Origin: Scyliorhinus canicula
Taxonomy: Eukaryota
Assembly (NCBI RefSeq): GCF_902713615.1
Contig: NW_024056007.1
Coordinates: 1 to 64,000 of the forward strand
Direction: 5' to 3'
DNA length: 64,000 nucleotides
The notes beneath the pieces are model-generated. The model saw only the letters and a program-made list of their open reading frames with translations, did no database searches and had not been told where the DNA came from. The position numbers and the translations under genes were made by a program. This document shows, piece after piece, positions 1 through 12,445 of the stretch. Position 1 is the first letter of the stretch. Each line of letters starts with the position of its first letter.

Positions 1-383
1 AACAATTCCTGCAGACTGGAGGGTGGTTTATGAAATTCAACTATTTAAAAAGGATACAGAGAGAAAACAGGGAATTATAGACCAGTAAGCCTGACATCGG
101 CAGTGGAGAAAATTTTAGAATCCATTATCAAAGATTTTAAAGCAAAGCACTTCGAAACCAGTGGCAGGATCGGACAGAGTCAGCATGGATTTGTGAAGAG
201 GAAATCATGCTTGACAGATCTACTGAATTCTTCAAGGGTGTAATTGGTAGAGTTGATGAGGGGGAGCCACTGGATGTGGTATATTTGGACTCTCAGATGG
301 CTTTTGACAAAGTCCCGCACAAGAGATTAGCGTGTAAAATTAAAGCACATGGGATTAGGGGTAGTGTATTGAGATGGTCAGAA

Positions 384-548
384 ACCTGGTTCAAAAACTA
401 TTCACGTACCCTGCACATCATTGGTTTATCGGGGTGAGACCCACACAAACAGGGGGAGAACTTCTCTCCACATGGACAGTGATCCAGGCCCAGGATTGAA
501 CCCTCGTCTTCAGCTCCGGGAGGGAGCAGTGCTAACCACTGTGTCACC
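384..548 (-). mobile_element. V-SINE (HE1-like) fragment inside CR1
   Basis: Reverse complement of the tRNA-like head and V-domain seen in other copies in this window. Confidence 0.75.
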
Positions 549-1273
549 CTATATATTAACAATTTAGATGAGGGAACAAAATGCAATATCTCCAAATTTG
601 CAGATGACACCAAGTTGCTTGGGCCGGGAGGCGGAGGGGGGCTGTGAGGAGAATGCAGAGATCCTTCAGAGTGATTTGGACAAGTTGAGTGAGTGGGCAA
701 ATGAATGGCAGATGCAGTATAATTATGAGAAATGCAAGGTTATCCACTTTGGGAGCATAAGCAAGAAGGCAGACTATTATCTGATTGGTCATGAATTAGA
801 AGGGAATGTGCAACGAGATCTGGGTATCCTCATACAGCAGTCGCTAAAGGTAAACATGCAGCTACAGCAGGCGGTAAAGAAAGCAAATGATATGCTCGCC
901 TTCATTGCGAGCGGATTCGAGTACAGAAGCGGGGATATCTTGCTGCAATTATACAGGGTCTTGGTGAGAATATTGTGTGCAGTTTTGGTCTCCGAATCTG
1001 AGGAAGGATGTTCTTGCTCAAGAGGGACCACAGCACAGGTTTTCCAAGCTGATTCCTAGCATGGTGGGACAGTTGCATGAGAGACTGAATCAGTTAGGTT
1101 TGTATTTGCTGGCATTGACAAGAATGAAAGGGTGGGGGGGGAGAAATCTCATTGAAACCTATAATATTCTAACAGGACTTGACAGGGTAGATGCAGGAAA
1201 GATTTTCACGATGGTGGGCGTGTACAGAACCAGAGGTCACAATCTGAGGATACGGGGGAGACCATTTAGGACA

Positions 1274-1506
1274 TACATTTTTAAAAAAATTTTAAGTACC
1301 CAATTAATTTTTTCCAATTAAGGGGCAATTTAGCGTGGCCAATCCACCTAACCTGCACATCTTTGGATTGTGGGGGCAAAACCCACACAGACATGGGGAG
1401 AATATGCAAACTCTACATGGACAATGACCCAGAGCCGGGATCAAACCTGGGACCTCGGCGCCGTGAGGCAGCAGGGCTAACCCACTGTGCCACCGTGCTG
1501 CCCCAG
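1274..1506 (-). mobile_element. V-SINE (HE1-like), full length, 9-bp TSD
   Basis: Minus-strand head GGGGCAGCACGGTGGCACAGTGG and A-rich tail; TTTAGGACA at 1265-1273 and 1507-1515. Confidence 0.9.
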
Positions 1507-1755
1507 TTTAGGACAGAGATGAGGAGAGATTTCTTCATCCAGAGAGTGGTGAGTCTGTGGAATTTGTTACCACAGGACATAGTTGAGGCCAATACATTGT
1601 ATGTTTTCAAGAAACATTTAGATATAGCACTTTGGGCGAAGGGGATCAAAGGATATGGAGGGGAAATCGGGATTTGGCTATTGAGTTGAATGATAAGCCA
1701 TGACCATAATGAATGGCAGAGCAGGCGCAAAGGGCCAAATGATCTGTTCCTGCTC

Positions 1756-2853
1756 CTATTTTCTATGTAATCCCTTCCCACACTGTGAGCAGGTGAATGG
1801 TCTCTCTCCAGTGTGAACTCGCTGATGTCTCTGCAGACTGGATAACTGAGGGAATTCCTTCCCACACTGAGAGCAGGTGAATGGTCTCTCCTCAGTGTGA
1901 ACTCGCTGGTGTGTCAGCAGGGTGGATGAATCAATAAATCCCTTCCCACACTGAGAGCAGGTGAATGGCTTCTCCCCAGTGTGAATTCGCTGATGTTTCC
2001 GCAGGGTGGATGAATCAATAAATCCCTTCCCACACTGAGAGCAGGTGAATGGCTTCTCCCCAGTGTGAATTCGCTGGTGTGACTGCAGGGTGGATAACTG
2101 AGTGAATCCCTTCCCACATTGAGAGCAGGTGAATGGCTTCTCACCAGTGTGAACTCGCTGATGTTTCCGCAGGGTGGATGAATCAACAAATCCCTTCCCA
2201 CACTGAGAGCAGGTGAATGGCTTCTCCCCAGTGTGAACTCGCTGGTGTGACTGCAGACTGGATAACTGTGTGAATTCATTCCCACAGACGGCGCAGGTGA
2301 ATGGCTTCTCCCCAGTGTGAATTCGCCTATGTTTCCGTAGGGTGGATGAATCAATAAATCCCTTCCCACACTGAGAGCAAGTGAATGGCTTCTCCCCAGT
2401 GTGAACTCGCTGGTGTGACTGCAGGGTGGATAACTGAGTGAATCCCTTCAAACACTGAGAGCAGGTGAATGGTCTCTCCCCAGTGTGAATTCGCTGATGT
2501 TTCCACAGGGTAGATGAATCAATAAATCCCTTCCCGCACTGAGAGCAGGTGAATGGCCTCTCCCCAGTGTGAACTCGCTGGTGTTTCTGCAGGTTGGATG
2601 CTTGAGTGAATTCCTTCCCACACTTGGAGCAGGTGAATGGCCTCTCCCCAGTGTGAACGCGCTGGTGTTTCCGCAGGGTGGATAAATCAATGAATCCCTT
2701 CCCACACTGAGAGCAGGTGAATGGCCTCTGCCCAGTGTGACTGCGGCGATGAATCTCCAGCACAGATGGGACTCTGAATCCCTTCCCACAGTCCCCACAT
2801 TTCCACGGTTTCTCCATCTTTTGGGTCTCCTCGTGTCTCTCCAGATTGGACAA
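1756..2853 (-). CDS. C2H2 zinc-finger protein (12 complete fingers plus a truncated 13th)
   Basis: 365-aa ORF with CxxC-x12-HxxxH fingers and TGEKPF/TGERPF linkers; the last finger (CSQCGKGL) runs into CR1 sequence. Confidence 0.92.
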   Translation of the reverse strand: MSNLERHEETQKMEKPWKCGDCGKGFRVPSVLEIHRRSHTGQRPFTCSQCGKGFIDLSTLRKHQRVHTGERPFTCSKCGKEFTQASNLQKHQRVHTGERPFTCSQCGKGFIDSSTLWKHQRIHTGERPFTCSQCLKGFTQLSTLQSHQRVHTGEKPFTCSQCGKGFIDSSTLRKHRRIHTGEKPFTCAVCGNEFTQLSSLQSHQRVHTGEKPFTCSQCGKGFVDSSTLRKHQRVHTGEKPFTCSQCGKGFTQLSTLQSHQRIHTGEKPFTCSQCGKGFIDSSTLRKHQRIHTGEKPFTCSQCGKGFIDSSTLLTHQRVHTEERPFTCSQCGKEFPQLSSLQRHQRVHTGERPFTCSQCGKGLHRK

Positions 2854-3724
2854 TCAGTGGAAGCTTTGTCTACACACAGAACATGTGCACTGTGTCCCCT
2901 CACTGTGAAAGACGTGATTTTTTTCAGGCTGTGTAATAGTTGAAACTCTTTACACAGTCAGTTCACTGGAACACTCTCACTCAGGTGTGTGTTGTGTGGG
3001 TCTCGGTGCTTTTCCAGTCACATTCACATTTAAATCTTTTGAAGCCGACAGATTGGACAAACATTTCTCCTTCTTGCCGATGATATTCAGAACCCAATGA
3101 TATTCAGTTCAGAATTAATCGAGAGAGTTTGTCACATCGAGACGTGATGTTTGAGATTTCTGTCCATAATTCCTCCTCTTCCACCATCCTTTAAATTCAC
3201 AAAAGTCATCAGTTAGTACAGAATAGAAATTAACAGGAACATCATTGCAATGTAAGCCTACCTGTGACAATCAAGATCATTATTATTAAAATTCAGGACA
3301 ATTCTAGTTCTTATGGAACATAATTTTCTCTCGTTCTTCAAATGCTGTAAATCTCCATCCCACACAATCTCCCTCCATTCTCACTCTGCTGTATCTAATA
3401 TTCACCCTCCCAATTCTCCTGAAGGTGCTGATTCATGTTGATTGACAGATCCAAGCTCAGCTCACTGCTGACCAGGACACAGAGATTAGAATAGGAGCAA
3501 GAGTAGGCCATTCGGAAATCTATAATGTAACTACAGTCTATATTACAAGACAAGAAATAATAATATTTAATTTATTACAGAACTGTAAATAATATATCTA
3601 ATCTGTACCATGTAACAACACTGGATGTATCTCTGTCCATTATTAATTTAATGTCTCCTGAAATGTCAGCCATCTCCTGGGGAACCCACCCCTTTAATTG
3701 TGAACATTAGGAAAGAGACCATCC

Positions 3725-3950
3725 TTTAAAAAATTTTTTTTTTTTTTAAGAGTAACCAATTATTGTTTTTCCAATTAAGGTGCAATTTACTGTGGTCAAT
3801 GCACCTACCTTGCACATCTTTGGGTTGTGGAGGTGATACCCATGTAGACACAGGGAGAATGTGCAAACTCCACACGGACAGTGAACCGAGAAGGAGATCA
3901 AACCCGGGTCCTCGGCGCCGTGAGGCAGCAGTGCTAATCGCTGTGCCACC
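3725..3950 (-). mobile_element. V-SINE (HE1-like)
   Basis: Same family as 1274-1506. Confidence 0.88.
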
Positions 3951-4654
3951 AGAAACCATTCCTTTAGTCAGACAAATAAACGCGCCAACCTGTTCAGAAG
4001 ATGGGTGGGAGGAGTTGGAAACACTTTGTGGAGCCGTGAACCTTCATGTAATTTTTTTTCCCCAATTAAGGGGCAATTTAGCTTAGTTCTAGGATGGCTG
4101 AAATCATCAATGAGGACTCTGATCTCTGGCAAGGAAGGAAACCCTGGCAGGTGGGCGGGGAGGATTCACAAACACCCGCTGGGGGCCCCAAACCCCCAAT
4201 AAGACCCATTGGTTTTATTGTCAGTCTGCAGACAGGAGCTGGAGAACTGAACCCAGGCAGAGGAGAGGGAGGGAGAAAACTGGGAGTGGAGGAAAGAAAT
4301 AGTGCAGATGGTGAGATGGGTTTGGATTTCAGCCCAGGGAGGAGGGAGAGTGTGTGGGATGGGGATTTACAGCTTTGGGGGAGCAAGAGAGGAAAAAATG
4401 TTCCAGAGAAACTAGAATTGTCTGTTCAGAATTTCTACCCTGGGCTGACAGTGATAGCTTTTGTTTTAATTCCAAAAAAAAAATCCCTCCTCAGCTCAGC
4501 TTTCTGTCTATTTTCCTGCCTGAACCCCATAACTCTTAACTCCATTGTCCGTCAAATATCTGTCAAACCCGTGTTTGAATATAATCAATGACCCCCAGAC
4601 TTCGCTGCTCACTGTGTAGAGAAATCCAAAGACTAACCTTCAGAACATCATATT

Positions 4655-4948
4655 CTTTTTTATTGTCACAGGTAGGCTTACATTAACACTGCAATGAAGT
4701 TACTGTGAAAAGCCACTAGTCGCCACATTCCGGCACCTGTTTGGGTACACAGGGAGAATTCTGAATCTCCAGATTACCTAACAGCAAATCTTTCAGGACA
4801 TGTGGGAGGAAACCAGAGCACCGGGAGGAAACCATGCAGACACGGGGAGAACGTGCAGACTCCGCACAGACAGTGACCCAAGTGGGAATCGAACCCAGGT
4901 CCCTGGCGATGTGAAGCAACAGTGCTAACCACTGTGCGACCGTGCCGC
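4655..4948 (-). mobile_element. V-SINE subfamily with a different 3' tail (..GTAAGCCTACCTGTGACAATAA on the element strand)
   Basis: V-SINE head and core, plus a tail also seen at about 8600-8665, 11220-11345, 26300-26400 and 48830-48920. Confidence 0.8.
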
Positions 4949-5139
4949 TACATTAGATATATCTCTGGCCAATGTTAATTTACTGTCCCTGAAATGTCAG
5001 CCATATCCTGGGGAAACCAGCCCTTTAATTGGGAACATTAGGACAGAGAGCATCCTTTTAACTTGACAAATAAATGAATCAAGCTGAGGGACACTGTAAG
5101 CTGTGAAGTATTTTCGGGCACTAGGACCTGGCCTGGAAC

Positions 5140-5480
5140 AGACTATGAAGCCCCGCCCATTATTGACGTCACCACAACCCCGCATGCGCACTGCTCCATC
5201 TGAATCAAGATGGCGGCCGTTAAACTGGGCCTGTTATCGGGAAAAAGACCCGAAGCTGCAAACGCAGGACCTGCAGGTACGTATTCCTGGTTTAGGGCCT
5301 TCACGCGGTGTTTAAAAACTCTCTCCTTCCAGAGCTGGCTCTATCGCTTCGTTCGGATTTCCACATCCTTACCCGCTGCCGAGGACACAAAGAAGCGTCT
5401 TTCCCAGGCGCCATCACACACTGCGCATGCTCCAACTACTCCCAGTCAATGCACCTGCGCACTGCTGTCCTGCGGTGTCG
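5140..5480. promoter_or_regulatory. CpG-rich promoter, probably of the minus-strand ZNF gene
   Basis: GC box 5151-5158, perfect CRE TGACGTCA 5164-5171, NRF1-like CGCATGCGCA 5181-5190, YY1-like AAGATGGCGGCC 5207-5218, further TGCGCATG near 5423. Lies 2.3 kb upstream of the ZNF ORF. Confidence 0.65.
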
Positions 5481-5643
5481 ATAGGGGACATTCACCACCG
5501 CGGGGAATGCCGGGAAGTCCCCACGCCAGCGTGCAAGAGTTGGTGTTTTATGCCAGGAAAATTGGCACAAAACAGCCACTGATTTCTCTGCTCCGAGGGA
5601 GGGGGTCGGGGACTAGCAGGGAGGCAGCGTATAGCTCCCATCT

Positions 5644-6116
5644 CTAGATTCTGATACAGCCTGGAGGATTGCCGGATCCGTGGCTGCGCATGCACAGGGT
5701 GAGACCAGCAGCGGCCTCACTGTGCTTCAAGGCAGACTATGCCCGGGACCCGAACCGCAAAGTAGTATCCACTTTGGCCGCTCGCATGCCCCGGACCTCC
5801 CCCCTACAGTGCTCCCAATTGAAGCCCTCCCTGCTCGCAGATCGGCCCTTCCCCGACTGAATATGATGCAAGGTTGCTGAACGGCTGGGACCATGAGAAT
5901 CCGACGCGTCGCGAAATCGGCCGGTTGGAGACGGAGCATTCCGGGGCGGTCCTCCGGCAATGGTCTCAGGCCATGCGGCATACTCCTAGAATGCACCGAT
6001 TTTCAGGGGGCAGAGCTTCCGAATACCCGTGGCAATCCCGATTTTGGCGTCAAAACAGATTCTCCGCCCCGTCACCGAACACGATTTCCGTGTCGGGGAT
6101 CGGAGAATCTAGCGCC
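5644..6116. mobile_element. GC-rich non-autonomous element with short terminal inverted repeats and a terminal hairpin
   Basis: CTAGATTCT (5644-5652) / AGAATCTAG (6104-6112); GATTCTCCG..CGGAGAATC hairpin at about 6058-6109. Confidence 0.45.
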
Positions 6117-6149
6117 TTGTTGTGCGTACAATCCAGACAGATCATTCCT

Positions 6150-6660
6150 TAGATGAAAAACAGAGGATATACAACAGATACACAATGTAAATACATAGAC
6201 ACAAACATCGGGTGAAGCATACGGAGTGCAGCATTATTCAGTCGAGAAGTTCGTGGAGAGATCAGATCAGTCCATAAGAGGGTCATTCAGGAGTGTGATA
6301 ACAGCGTTCAAGAAGCTGTTTTGGATCTGTTAATGCGTGATCTCAGACCTTTGTGTCTCCTGTCCGATGGGAGGAGTCTTTGATTATGCTGCCCACTTTC
6401 CCAAGACAGTGGGGGATGTAGACAGAATCAATGGATGGGAGGCGGGTTTGCGTGATTGACTGGGTTGTGTTCATGGATCTCTGTAGTTTCTGATGGTCTT
6501 GTGCTGAGCAGTTGTCACAGCAGGCTGTGACGCAGCCAGGAGGATATTTTCTATGCAGCATCTGTAAAAACCGGTAAGAGTCAACATGGACATGCTGAAT
6601 TTCCAGAGTTTCCTGAGGAAGTATAGGCGCTGTTATGCTTTCTTGGTCGTAGCGTCGATG
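6150..6660 (-). mobile_element. Rex1/Babar-type LINE 3' fragment
   Basis: Translation NCSAQDHQKLQRSMNTTQSITQTRLPSIDSVY matches the C-terminal region of this clade's ORF. Confidence 0.65.
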
Positions 6661-6819
6661 TAGGAAACCCTATCCATCTAATATTGGAAAATAGATATCT
6701 AATGAGAGGGAAATCAATTTGTGTATCCTTTTAAGTGTAGCCAATCCACCTACCCTGCACATCTTTGGATTGTGGCGTCAGACCCACGCAGACACGGGGA
6801 GAATAATTTATGTATCCTA

Positions 6820-7670
6820 AAATATAGATAGATTGGAGAGTTGGGCAGAGAAATGGCAGATGGAGTTCAATCCAGGCCAATGCGAGGTGATGCATTTTGG
6901 AAGATCAAATTCAAGAGCGGACTATATGGTTAATGGAAGGGTCTTGGGGAAAATTGATGTGCAGAGAGATCTGGGAGTTCAGGTCCATTGTCCCCTGAAG
7001 GTGGCAATGCAGGTTGATAGAGTGGTCAAGAAGGCATACAGCATGCTTGCCTTCATCGGACGGGGTATTGAGTACAAGAGTTGGCAGGTCATGTTACAGT
7101 AGTATCAGACTTTGGTTCGGCCACATTTGGAATACTGCGTGCAGTTCTGGTCACCACATTACCAGAAGGATGTGGATGCCTTGGAGAGGGTGCAGAGGAG
7201 ATTCACCAGGATGTTGCTTGGTATGGAGGGTGCTAGCTATGAAGAAAGGATGAGTAGATTAGGATTGTTTTCGTTGGAAAGAGGGAGGTTGAGGGGGGAC
7301 CTGATTGAGGTCTACAAAATTATGAGAGGTATGGACAGGGTGGACAGCAACAAGCTTTTCCCAAGAGTGGGGGTGTCAGTTACAAGGGGTCACGATTTCA
7401 AGGTGAGAGGGGGAAAGTTTAAGGGAGATGTGCGCGGAAAGTTTTCTACGCAGAGGGTGGTGGGTGCCTGGAATGCTTTACCAGCGGAGGTGGTAGAGGC
7501 GGGCACGATAGCATCATTTAAGAAGCGTCTAGACAGGTATATGAATGGGCGGGAACAGAGGGAAGTAGACCTTGGAAAATAGGAGACAGGTTTAGATAAA
7601 GGATCTGGATCGGCGCAGGCTGGGAGGGCCGAAGAGCCTGTTCCTGTGCTGTAATTTTCTTTGTTCTTTA
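6820..7670 (+). mobile_element. CR1 LINE 3' fragment
   Basis: WAEKWQMEFNPGQCEVMHFG, VRPHLEYCVQFWSPH; same family as 52925-53275. Confidence 0.92.
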
Positions 7671-7824
7671 ATGAACATCGATATGTAGAGAGGAAGATGA
7701 AAGGCCTTTAAACACCTCACTTGGCATAGAACTGTCAAAAACTCAAAACAGGAGCTTCAGGAAATCAAAGTACTGACCAATAGCAAACTGCTCAGTTGTT
7801 GGAAGACATTTTTAAAATATAAAT

Positions 7825-8022
7825 TGTTGGACCCCGGTTTGATTCCCGTTTGGGTTACTGTCTGTGCTGAATCTGCATGTTCTCCCCGTGTCTGTGTGGG
7901 TTTTCTCCAGGTGCTCCAGTTTCCTCCCACAGTCCACAGGTTAGGTGAATTGGACATTATGAATTCTCCCTCAGTGTACCCGAACAGTAACTTCATTGCA
8001 GTGTAAGCCTACTTGTGACACT
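7825..8022 (+). mobile_element. 5'-truncated V-SINE
   Basis: GGTTTGATTCCCGTTTGGGTTACTGTCTGTGCTG and V core. Confidence 0.75.
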
Positions 8023-9339
8023 ATTAAAAAAATTACATTCACTCAGATTCCAGCCCTCAAGTCTGGTGACAGACCTCACGGCTCCCTTGCCCTTCTGGCC
8101 TGTGAGCTCCTCTTGCTGCTGTTCCCAGGACAATCAGTGTCCACTCTGCCACATTACTCTGTCTGATAGAGTTCAGAGGCTCAGAGGAGGAAAGAAATGA
8201 GGACATGAATCTGAATTCAGAAATACAGTTAAAGAAACATGATTCAATTGATAAACTTAAGGATTTAAGTCACAGTATTTGATTGCAATGAATATATTAA
8301 TTTCGGCTGATACTGATGGGGAATGGAAGCGAATTATGTTAGTTGTTTTATATCGTTGTTCTTTTCTATGATTTTGACACATCATCTTTCTCCTTTCTTC
8401 CATTTAAATAGTGGACCATGCTACCCAGAATTCCCTGCATGGGCGAATACAGATATTTTAGTTTATGAACAACTCCATATTACAAAAGAACAGAGCTGAA
8501 TACAAAACAATCAGCAATACAGTAAAAATATCCACAATACACCAAAACTGGACATTCTGAATTCTCCCTCAGTGAAACCAAACGGCGTCGGAATGTGGCA
8601 ACTTGGGGATTTTCAGAGTAACTTCATTGCAGTTAATGTAAGCCGACTTGTGACAATAAAAGTTATTGTTATAAAATAGAAACCAATGAATAATCAACAA
8701 GAAACCAATACCACCAGATTTCAAGCCACCACCACCCACCACCACCACCACCACATCAGCAGAAATGCTCCCAAACGGGCAGCACAGACCACTGGTAAAG
8801 CACACACCAATATGGGGCACGGCGGAAGAGAGCGAGAGAGAAAGTACACCTCTCCCAAGGAGCACAGTTCAACCTAAAAAACAGTTGTGTGTGTGAATAC
8901 ATCTTCTCTTAATCCAAAAGACTGAATGCACAGGTACAGAAAAGCTGGGCAGACCAATTAAGAGCAGGGTTCAATTAGAATGGGCATTGGATGCAAAGCA
9001 ATTTGGGCTGAAGTGGAGATGGAGGAGATACTGTTGGGTTTAACCCATTTGACTATGATTTAGGAGCCGAAACAGGCCATTCAGCCCTCCAAGCCTGTTC
9101 CACCATTCAATAAAATCAGGGCTGAATTGGTTGTGGTCTCAGTTCCCCATGCTTGTCTGCACCACCAACCCCTGCACTCAGAACCCTTGTCTCCCTTGCC
9201 TATCAAAAATCTGTCTATCCCTGCCTTAAATAAATGCAATGCCCCAGCCTCCACTGTTCTGGGAAGTGAATTCCACTAACTTCGGGGGAAAAAAATTATC
9301 CTCATTTTAGCCTTCATGTTCTTCCCATCTCTCATTCTT

Positions 9340-9562
9340 TTTTAAAAATAAATTTCGAGTACCCAATTATTTCTTCCAATTAAGGGGCAATTTAGCATGG
9401 TCAATCCACCTAACTTGCACATCTTTGGGTTGTGGGGGTGAAACCCACGCAAACAAGGGGTGAATGTGCAAATTCCACACGGACAGTGACCCAGGGTCAG
9501 GATTCGAACCCAGGTCCTCAGTGCTGTAAGCAGCAATGCTAACCACTGTGCCACCGTGCTGC
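9340..9562 (-). mobile_element. V-SINE (HE1-like)
   Basis: Full head-core-tail on the minus strand. Confidence 0.88.
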
Positions 9563-10184
9563 CCCCCCCCCCCTCCCCCCATGTTTAATTCTTAAAGTGT
9601 GTCACCTCGTTCTCGTCTTTCCCACGGGTCCAAACCACAGTGGTCTTGTTGGGTCTGCAAAATTCCAATGCGGGACACTAAAGGGAGGTAGGTTCCAGGA
9701 GAAATTGGTTGTTCAGCAGTCGTTGTTCCAACATTGCTACAGAATACAGCATTGTTTAATTAACAAGTATATCCATTGAGTGTTTCAAGCTACCAAGGTG
9801 TTCCAAAATACATTTTGGTAGAATTGCAGAATTTCCATTCACTGACGATGGAGGAACAGGGATATATGTCCAACTCAGAATGATGTGTGACTGGAAGAGG
9901 ATTTGTAGGTGATGGTGTTTGTCTGCACCGGTGCCCTCGTCTTTGTAGCTGGTGGAGTGACAGGTTCTGTTAATGTCCTGGCAAACTCTTGTGTAGGTTC
10001 AGAGCTGATGGCAGGTACCTTTCCCTGAAGGATATTAACATCGCAGTTGGGTTTTTACAATAATCCAGCAGTTTCATGATCTCCTTTTCTAATGCTGGTC
10101 CCATCGATTCTGCCCAATGTCACAACCTGTCTACTTGTTTTTGTGGCCTCTCTGTGATGCTCCCTTTTTGCTTTCTTAAGACCA

Positions 10185-10470
10185 TATTAAGGAGGTAGAA
10201 AATTTAAGACAGACTTGAGGAGAAACTACTTCTCCCAAATGGTTGTGAATCTGTGGAATTCGCTACCCCAGAGTGCGGTGGATGCAGGGACAGTGAGTAA
10301 ATTTAAGGAGAAGTTAGACAGATTTAATTGGTAATGGGGATAAAGGTTTATGGAGAACGGGCAGAACATTGGAGTTGAGGCCACGACGAGATCAGCCATG
10401 ATCAAAATTGAAGGTGTTTAGGCTCTGGATGCTAAATTGCCTACTCCTGCTCCTAGGTCATGTGTTCTAG
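10185..10470 (+). mobile_element. CR1 3' end fragment
   Basis: GTTGTGAATCTGTGGAATTCGCTACCCCAGAG (VVNLWNSLP) and CR1-type 3' UTR. Confidence 0.75.
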
Positions 10471-10799
10471 GGAGGAGATGCTCTAGCTGATTTTGCAATC
10501 CAGCTCCTGCTCTGCAGATGAGGTGACAGATGAGGAACATATCAGCCATGATAGAATGGCGGATCAGACTCACTTATAATAATAATGGACCAAATGGCCT
10601 AATTCTGCTCCTATATCTTATGAACTTATGAACTGTTTCTTACTCTCAAATTGAGTGAATCCTTTGCTGTTTCTCCTCTGGGCCCCATCTCCACTATTAT
10701 TGTCTGATTGTCCCACTGAGACTCTCACTTATTATTGGACAATCAGCGAGTCAGCCTGAGCCTGTGGCCGCTCTCACCATCTGGAACCGTCACAATGCC

Positions 10800-11200
10800 C
10801 GGGTGATTGACGACAGCTCTGGACCAATAGGAAGAGCATGGGTGGGGCTGGAGGACCGACCGAGCGCTGCTGGTCCTCCAGCCAATCGGAGTGAATGAGG
10901 GGCGGGACTGGACTTGATTGAAGCATGCGCACTGTGGGTAATGGCGATGGACAGCAGCTCCTTGTTGAGATCTAAAATCGGGAAGAGGCAATTGACGGGG
11001 CGGAGGGAGCGAAGAAGCATGTGGTTAGGCGGAAAAGCTCCGTAAACATGTTGTGTGAGCTGCAAATCTGGGAAAAGAGCTTACCTGACCCAATTTGTAC
11101 CGAGCGAGGCTGCAGATCCTCATGTTCGACCCGGGTGAACGGCCACCACCTTTATTGGGGTAAAGCGCATGTGGAGCCGCCATCTTTGTTGGAGGCAATG
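10800..11200. promoter_or_regulatory. CpG promoter, probably of the plus-strand ZNF gene
   Basis: CCAAT 10824 and 10882, GC box 10899-10907, NRF1-like GCATGCGCA 10923-10931, YY1-like GCCGCCATCTT 11176-11186. Confidence 0.6.
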
Positions 11201-12109
11201 TTTTTAAAAAAAGAATAATCCTTATCATCACAAGTAGGCATACATTAACACTGTAATGAAGTTACTGTGAAAATCCCCAATCGCCACATTTCAGCGCCTG
11301 TTGGGGTACACAGAGCGTGAATTCAGAATGTCCAAATTACCTAACAGCACATCTTCAGACTCTGCACAGACAGTGACCCAAGCCAAGAATCGAACCTAGG
11401 ACCCTGACGCTGTGAAGCAACAGTGCTAACCACTGTGCTACCGTAGATTGGCCACGTTTAATTACTCCTTAATGTCCAGGGATGTGCAGGTTAGGTTCTT
11501 GGTTATGGGGATAAGGCGGGTGGACGAGGGAATGTAAATGGGTAGAGTGCTCATTCAAAGGATTGGTGCAGACTCAATGGGCCGAGTGGCCTCCTTCTGC
11601 ACTGTTCGGGTACACAGAGGGAGAATTCAGAATGTCCAACTCTCCTAACAGCATGTCTTTTGGGATGTGTTGAAGGAGGTGATTGTTTTGGGAGGTATTT
11701 GTTACCCTATGTTCAGAATGAAGCCAACCATCAATCTACATTAGCCTTTGAGTCCCAATGTCTTATTGTTGAAGCAGAGCAGGAAAAGAAGAGAAAGACG
11801 TTCTGCTTTTCAGTTCTCACTACCTCCTGGGCTATTCTCCTCCATGTGTCTAAAGATCTACGACTGTGTCCAGTCACATGAAGAACCTGTCAAATCTCTC
11901 AACCTACCCTGAGTAAACATCATCCTCGAATAGAGGGACTGCTGATGACATGGAGGGGCAAAGTGTAGCAGGGAGTATGAGCGGTCATCCTGGACCAGGG
12001 AGCAGGAGGAGAGAACGTCGTGAATTTCTATCCTGGACTGACAGTGATTAATTTTGGAAAATCCTTTTACAGGGGGTTAGAAAGCGAGGATTTACGCAAA
12101 GCAAACTCA

Positions 12110-12445
12110 AACCAAGAATAGAACATAGAACAGTACAGCACAGAACAGGCCCTTCGGCCCTCGATGTTGTGCCGAGCAATTATCACCCTACTCAAACCCA
12201 CGTATCCACCCTATACCCGTAACCCAACAAACCCCCCCCCCCCCCCCACCTTACTTTTTAGGACACTACGGGCAATTTAGCATGGCCAATCCATCTAACC
12301 CGCACATCTTTGGACTGTGGGAGGAAACCGGAGCACCCGGAGGAAACCCACGCACACACGGGGAGGACGTGCAGACTCCACACAGACAGTGACCCAGCCG
12401 GGAATCGAACCTGGGATCCTGGAGCTGTGAAGCATTTATGCCCCA
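12110..12445 (-). mobile_element. V-SINE with CR1-derived 3' tail
   Basis: V core; tail is the reverse complement of GGGCCGAAGGGCCTGTTCTGTGCTGTACTGTTCTATGTTC, shared with CR1 3' ends. Confidence 0.85.

Larger units (their letters stand above)
1..1768 (+). mobile_element. CR1-clade LINE, degenerate ORF2 (RT) and 3' end, interrupted by two SINEs
   Basis: ORF fragments contain LDVVYLDSQMAFDKVPH, LQSDLDKLSEWANEWQMQYN and RVVSLWNLLPQ, all typical vertebrate CR1 RT/C-terminal motifs. Several frameshifts; the 3' UTR ends near 1768. Confidence 0.9.

Noticed and set aside
1413-2903. Alternative-frame ORFs over the ZNF array
   Set aside because: Shadow frames of the 84-bp finger repeat.
8686-8877. 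His-rich ORF
   Set aside because: Produced by a (CAC)n microsatellite; no coding support.
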